Made by a program: the position numbers and the translations under genes. 40,764 nt of DNA from an uncultured Bacillales bacterium (GTDB taxonomy: Bacteria > Bacillota_I > Bacilli_A > RFN20 > CAG-826). Of the stretch, positions 36,488 to 40,764 are shown piece by piece; position 1 is the stretch's first letter, and every line of letters starts with the position of its first letter. Below the pieces are notes generated by a model. That model worked only from the letters and a program-made list of their open reading frames with translations. It was not told the origin of the DNA and made no database searches. The stretch is taken from the NCBI GenBank assembly GCA_903845135.1, contig CAIMWL010000117.1, forward strand, positions 1-40,764. The letters run 5' to 3'.

Positions 36488-38809
36488 CTAATCTTTATCA
36501 AAAAAACTGGCAAGCGCTTCTTCTAATTCATCGGGTGAGTGAATCACCTCATATTGGGGATATCGGGTTTGTATTGCTTGATATTCTTCTCTCAGAAACC
36601 GTTCATCAATTAATAAAGCCACGCCTTTATCTGTTTCGGAGCGAATGACTCGACCCATCGCCTGTAAAACTTTGTTGATGGCAGGATAAACATAACCAAA
36701 TGTAAAACCTTCTCTGCCTTTATCTTGGTGATAGGTAGCAATTAAATCTCGGGCAAAAGATAGTTGAGGCAAGCCCACGCCAACAATCGCGACGCCGATT
36801 AAGCGATCGCCAACTAAATCGATGCCTTCGGAAAATACACCACCTAACACCGCTAAACCCACCGTCGTTTCTTGAGGTTGAAAAGTAAATTGATTAAGAA
36901 AAGTTTCCCTCTCTTCAATGGTCATCTCTTTAGTTTGGACCATTAAACGGGTTTGACCTTTGATTTGCAAACGCTCCTTCACCGCATTTAAATAAGGATA
37001 AGAAGGGAAAAATATTAGATAGTTTCCTAATTTATTTTCAATCAGTTTTTCGATGTATAGGGCAACTTCTAAGTAAGTTTTGTCTCTGGTCTTGAGGGTC
37101 GTAGAAACTTTACTTGTTATCATCACTTTAAAGCGTTCAGGCTTGAATGGAGAAGATAAGGAAATGCGAGGATCTTCGGCTTTTGCGCCAAGCATCGGTA
37201 AAAAATAATCCATTGGAGTGAGGGTTGCAGAGAAAAACACCACTGCATGCATTCGATTGGTGATAGCCAATAAATAATTGGAGGCATCCAAGCACTCATA
37301 ACGTAATGATTTTTGACCGTTTTCCTCTAATCCCCAATCTCGATAATGCGCACCGATTAATTCTCTTAATCTAAAAAACCGAAGGATTTTAAAATAACTA
37401 TCCATCGCTTCATCACTTAGGGATTTACGTTTGCTTCTCATTTCTAATTGCGCTTCGGTAATCAATTTATCCAGTTGATTAATAAAGGAGGTTTCCACTT
37501 TTACCAGTGAAGGACTTTTAACATCCTTCATCATTTGCTGCCAATATTTTTTTAATCTTTGAACTCGAGATTTAAAACCACGAGAACTCCCCTTTTTTGT
37601 TGCTTTTTCTAATTGATCAAAAACCGCATCCTGTAAGGTAGCAGAATACATTTCTCGGCTACGTTCGACTAAATTATGCGCTTCATCAATAAGCACGGCA
37701 TAAGGATATCGGACATCTTCAAAAAAACGTCGTAAATAGGCATTGGGATCAAATAAATAGTTATAATCTGCAATGACGACATCCACATATAATGAGAGGT
37801 CTAAACTTAACTCAAATGGCTCTATTTTATGCTTTTCAGCAAGGGCTTGGATGGTTGAAGGCGTAAACGCTTGGTAGGTTGAAAGGCCTTCCAGTAACAC
37901 GTCTTTAATTTTGTCATAATAACCTCGAGCATATAAACAGTCATCAGGGTTAATTTTCCCTTTAGGACAAAAACTAATTTTTTCTTTAGCTGTAATCACC
38001 ACATAACGAATCGGTACCCCTTGAGAACGTAAGCGTTCGATCGCTTCTACGGCTGCCATTTTTCCAGAATTTTTAGCAGTAAAATAAAAGACTTTTTCAT
38101 GATGGGTGAATAAGCCTTTAATCATCGGAAATAAAGTGGACATGGTTTTGCCAATACCAGTCGGTGCTTCCACAAATAAGCGCCCCCCTTTTTGACTCAC
38201 ACCATAGACATATTTAGCTAATTCTCTTTGCCCTTTACGAAAAGTTTTAAAGGGAAATTGTAATTGCGGAAGCATTTTTTTTAGAGCGGTTTGTTGCGCA
38301 ACGATGGTGAGATAAAAACTGCCATATTCATCGATCACAGCTTGTAAATCTCGTTGGGCATCTTCTAAAGTAAAATCATAAACTTTTTCTAAGCGACTCT
38401 CTTCAACTTGATGAAGGTAAATTAACTTCACTTGAATGTTTGCTTTGTCGTACTGCATTGCATACATATGGCCATAAAATAAAGCTTGCATCATATGCCA
38501 AGTCTCATGCTGTTGATGGAAAACATTTAAATCGGCAATCGTTGTTTTAATTTCTTCAATAATCACGGTATCATCACGTTCATATAACCCGTCGGCTTTA
38601 CCTTGGATAACGAAATTTAAATCTTGAAAACTATAGTTTCCCTGTAAAGCCATTTCACGGTGATAGCCAGGTATTTTAATACTTTGCTGATAGCGTTGAT
38701 GCATATCGGTGCCGGTTTGCATCGTCGCACGATTAAAAATTCGATTATCTAAATCTCCGGTTCTTAAGACAAAATCAACGATATCATGAACGGATAAGAA
38801 TAACTCCAT
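36488..38809 (-). CDS. PD-(D/E)xK nuclease fused to XPD/DinG-family SF2 helicase
   Basis: N-terminal G..MH, GKADG, IIEEIKT, Q...Y nuclease motifs; GQ (Q motif), APTGIGKT, DEAH, SAT, QAMGRVIR helicase motifs. Confidence 0.9.
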   Translation of the reverse strand: MELFLSVHDIVDFVLRTGDLDNRIFNRATMQTGTDMHQRYQQSIKIPGYHREMALQGNYSFQDLNFVIQGKADGLYERDDTVIIEEIKTTIADLNVFHQQHETWHMMQALFYGHMYAMQYDKANIQVKLIYLHQVEESRLEKVYDFTLEDAQRDLQAVIDEYGSFYLTIVAQQTALKKMLPQLQFPFKTFRKGQRELAKYVYGVSQKGGRLFVEAPTGIGKTMSTLFPMIKGLFTHHEKVFYFTAKNSGKMAAVEAIERLRSQGVPIRYVVITAKEKISFCPKGKINPDDCLYARGYYDKIKDVLLEGLSTYQAFTPSTIQALAEKHKIEPFELSLDLSLYVDVVIADYNYLFDPNAYLRRFFEDVRYPYAVLIDEAHNLVERSREMYSATLQDAVFDQLEKATKKGSSRGFKSRVQRLKKYWQQMMKDVKSPSLVKVETSFINQLDKLITEAQLEMRSKRKSLSDEAMDSYFKILRFFRLRELIGAHYRDWGLEENGQKSLRYECLDASNYLLAITNRMHAVVFFSATLTPMDYFLPMLGAKAEDPRISLSSPFKPERFKVMITSKVSTTLKTRDKTYLEVALYIEKLIENKLGNYLIFFPSYPYLNAVKERLQIKGQTRLMVQTKEMTIEERETFLNQFTFQPQETTVGLAVLGGVFSEGIDLVGDRLIGVAIVGVGLPQLSFARDLIATYHQDKGREGFTFGYVYPAINKVLQAMGRVIRSETDKGVALLIDERFLREEYQAIQTRYPQYEVIHSPDELEEALASFFDKD

Positions 38810-38811
38810 AA

Positions 38812-39753
38812 CTACGTAAGTTTATAACCAAGCATTTGTTGATGACCGTTGCCAAAAACTGCCCCAAGCATTTTTCCTTTACCCTCTAATTGCACTTGTA
38901 TGAGGTTGAGAACGCCGCCTATGACTTGAAGATGGACACCTTCGTGATCAACTTTAATCAAGGTTCCGACCGGATGATGTTGATCTCGATTGACAATTGC
39001 TGCTTGAAAGACCTTTAATTTTTTATCTTGAAATTGAAAAAAACCACCAGGTACATCTGCTAAGCCTTTGATCCATCCCATTAACGCGTCGATAGATAAG
39101 TTGAGATTAAGATGCTCATCTTCTTTTTTAATTAACGGTGCAAAGGTTACATCTTTTTCAATTTGGGCAATCGGTGATAACTCACCCCGACATAACCGAG
39201 GTAAAACTTGTAGTGCAAATTGCGAGGTAAACCCTGAAAAACGTTGCAAGAGTGAAGTGTAGTTATCTTCAGGTAAAATCGGTAATCGCTTCATCGCATA
39301 AATGGGTCCCGCATCCATCGCCATCACCATTTTCATCAAGGTCATGCCCGTTTCTTTTTCTTGATGGATTAAGGCATAACGGATTGGCGAAGCGCCACGA
39401 TATTTGGGAAGCAAACTACCATGAAAGTTAAAGGCGCCAAATCTTGGCTTATCAAGGACACGTTGCGGGACAATTTGGCCATAGGCTAATGTTAAAATAT
39501 AATCGACATCTAGGTCATTTAAAAATTGATGATCCTCTTTAATTTTTTCAGGTTGAAATACAGGGATATGATTGGTTTCTGCCCAGATTTTAGTCGGAGG
39601 TTTGGTCCACGTTTTATCTCGCCCAGTTAAGGTATCGGGTTGACAAACCAATCCGACAATCTGATAACCTGCTTGATGGATGCTTTGAAAAACATCCCGC
39701 GCCAATTCCGGAGTGCCCATTAATAAAAAATGAATTTGTTTTAAGTCTTTCAT
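38812..39753 (-). CDS. fmt: Methionyl-tRNA formyltransferase
   Basis: FMGTP-like LMGTP, QPD, AYGQI, NFHGSLLP.YRGASPI, DAG. Confidence 0.96.
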   Translation of the reverse strand: MKDLKQIHFLLMGTPELARDVFQSIHQAGYQIVGLVCQPDTLTGRDKTWTKPPTKIWAETNHIPVFQPEKIKEDHQFLNDLDVDYILTLAYGQIVPQRVLDKPRFGAFNFHGSLLPKYRGASPIRYALIHQEKETGMTLMKMVMAMDAGPIYAMKRLPILPEDNYTSLLQRFSGFTSQFALQVLPRLCRGELSPIAQIEKDVTFAPLIKKEDEHLNLNLSIDALMGWIKGLADVPGGFFQFQDKKLKVFQAAIVNRDQHHPVGTLIKVDHEGVHLQVIGGVLNLIQVQLEGKGKMLGAVFGNGHQQMLGYKLT

Positions 39754-40373
39754 TTTTCACGAACCAATAAGGCTCTAAGGGGCAATGCATCGACGTTTGG
39801 AATGGATAAGGGGAGGGCAATCATTTGATAATACCCTGCGGAAACTTCTTTTAATCGTAATCCTTCTAAAATCATAATCTTGGCATTCATTAATACATGG
39901 TGTGTGAGATGATCCTCTTGATTCCGTTCAATACCAAGACTATCGATGCCAATGCCAATAATCTTCGATTGGACACAGAAAGCAGCACCATCCGCAGATA
40001 AATAAGGAAAGTCAGGCAAAAATTGATTTGCCTCACTACTCAATGTTTTGAGGAGAATAAATTCATTGGCTTTCAATCGTTGTTGCTTTAATAATTTAGC
40101 ATCAATGACCAAGGCTTTTCCGCAATCAATGACCCGAACCTTTGTGATTAATTGCTCAGGATTAAAATGCGTGGACGTAGCACCATTTGTTTGCATATGT
40201 TTAGGAAAATCAATGTGGGTACCTGTGTGTAAATTAAATTTAATTGTTGTTTCAAAGCTACCACCTTTTGCTAATTGATCATGGGTTTCAAAAGCAGGTT
40301 GTTTTTCAGGTTTGTTTTTGTAGACCATCATCCCTGGCTGAATCGGTAAAGAGATATCGTAATACTTCATCAT
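39750..40373 (-). CDS. Cyclase-family metallohydrolase (kynurenine formamidase-like)
   Basis: DISLPI...M.VY, HTGTHIDFPKH (HxGTHxDxPxH), GIDSL, H..L....I.EGL.L. Three tandem ATG (40376/40373/40370); middle chosen from SD spacing. Confidence 0.88.
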   Translation of the reverse strand: MMKYYDISLPIQPGMMVYKNKPEKQPAFETHDQLAKGGSFETTIKFNLHTGTHIDFPKHMQTNGATSTHFNPEQLITKVRVIDCGKALVIDAKLLKQQRLKANEFILLKTLSSEANQFLPDFPYLSADGAAFCVQSKIIGIGIDSLGIERNQEDHLTHHVLMNAKIMILEGLRLKEVSAGYYQMIALPLSIPNVDALPLRALLVREK

Positions 40374-40376
40374 CAT

Positions 40377-40764
40377 TTATCCTTTCAATACATCTTTATG
40401 ATTAAAATAACGAATCGGTAAAATCGGTTTTTGTTTAACTTGATCAATTAGGGACCAAGTCGCAAGAATTTCATTGCTGCATGGAAATAACGTTTGGTTT
40501 CCTTGAATAAAATCAGCAAAAATAGTTGCATAGGCATCATGCTTCGCAAAAGGATGATGGGATAAGGCGATGAGGTGCTTTTGTAACGCTATTGGTAACG
40601 TGGTTAACCACTCTGGAGAAATCGTCACGCCAACCATAGGAGATATATGCAAGGTTAAAACACCACCTTTGCGAAAATGGATTAAGATTTGCGTTTTCTT
40701 TTCTGCTAATTTTTTTCCGGTTTCAATTGTAAATGACGTATCTTTCCAACGTTCTAATTTGGAC
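40377..40764 (-). CDS. zwf: Glucose-6-phosphate dehydrogenase-like, C-terminal part (5' end outside window)
   Basis: Frame is open to the window edge: ...ERWKDTSFTIETGKKLAEKKTQILIHF... and DAYATIFADFIQGNQTLF...EILATW match RW.GVPF..RTGK.L and .AYE.L..D...G..TLF....E....W of Zwf. Confidence 0.7.
   Translation of the reverse strand, partial: SKLERWKDTSFTIETGKKLAEKKTQILIHFRKGGVLTLHISPMVGVTISPEWLTTLPIALQKHLIALSHHPFAKHDAYATIFADFIQGNQTLFPCSNEILATWSLIDQVKQKPILPIRYFNHKDVLKG

Noticed and set aside
2093-36490. Tandem stops after amber codons (deoB, glyQS, helicase TAG TAG; rsfS TAG TAA), 4 of the 12 TAG-ending genes
   Set aside because: Sample too small and confounded with the TAGTA motif; kept only as an alternative explanation for part of that motif.
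36488-38809. Cas4-like nuclease plus DinG as a CRISPR type IV component
   Set aside because: No array or cas genes nearby; it sits among housekeeping genes (fmt, lepA) as expected for the common repair-type fusion.

Overview
Core-chromosome window of an AT-rich, reduced-genome Bacillota (Bacilli, Erysipelotrichales/Mollicutes-like; lineage is inference) using genetic code 11 (TGA is a stop). 43 CDS, including rpmG and rpsU missed by the ORF track and a 5'-truncated zwf-like gene. No rRNA, tRNA, CRISPR or mobile element was seen. The window appears to contain the replication terminus: a 28-bp XerC/XerD dif site (2213-2240) lies where gene orientation flips (xerD and deoB on +, 40 of 41 downstream genes on -), 1.3 kb from xerD and 3.4 kb from parC. 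The rest is housekeeping: yqeG-yqeH-yhbY-nadD/yqeK-rsfS, parE-parC, plsY, rpmG-efp-yneF, dnaG-rpoD-trmK-nif3-cshB-nfo, ybeY-cdd-era-recO-glyQS, rpsU, deoC, rpmF, lepA-hemW-hrcA-grpE-dnaK-dnaJ-rsmE with two CIRCE elements, an XPD-type nuclease-helicase, fmt and a cyclase. Most interesting: (i) an 11-bp-phased TAGTA repeat that recurs next to dif, at the dnaG-rpoD upstream region and at the promoter of a catalytically degenerate Fic-wHTH gene (candidate autoregulated DNA-binding system, inference only); (ii) EF-P with Met at the normally modified Lys; (iii) a C39 peptidase plus membrane domain with no ATPase; (iv) a probable ATT start codon for recO; (v) an XPD-family helicase that appears to have lost Fe-S ligands.
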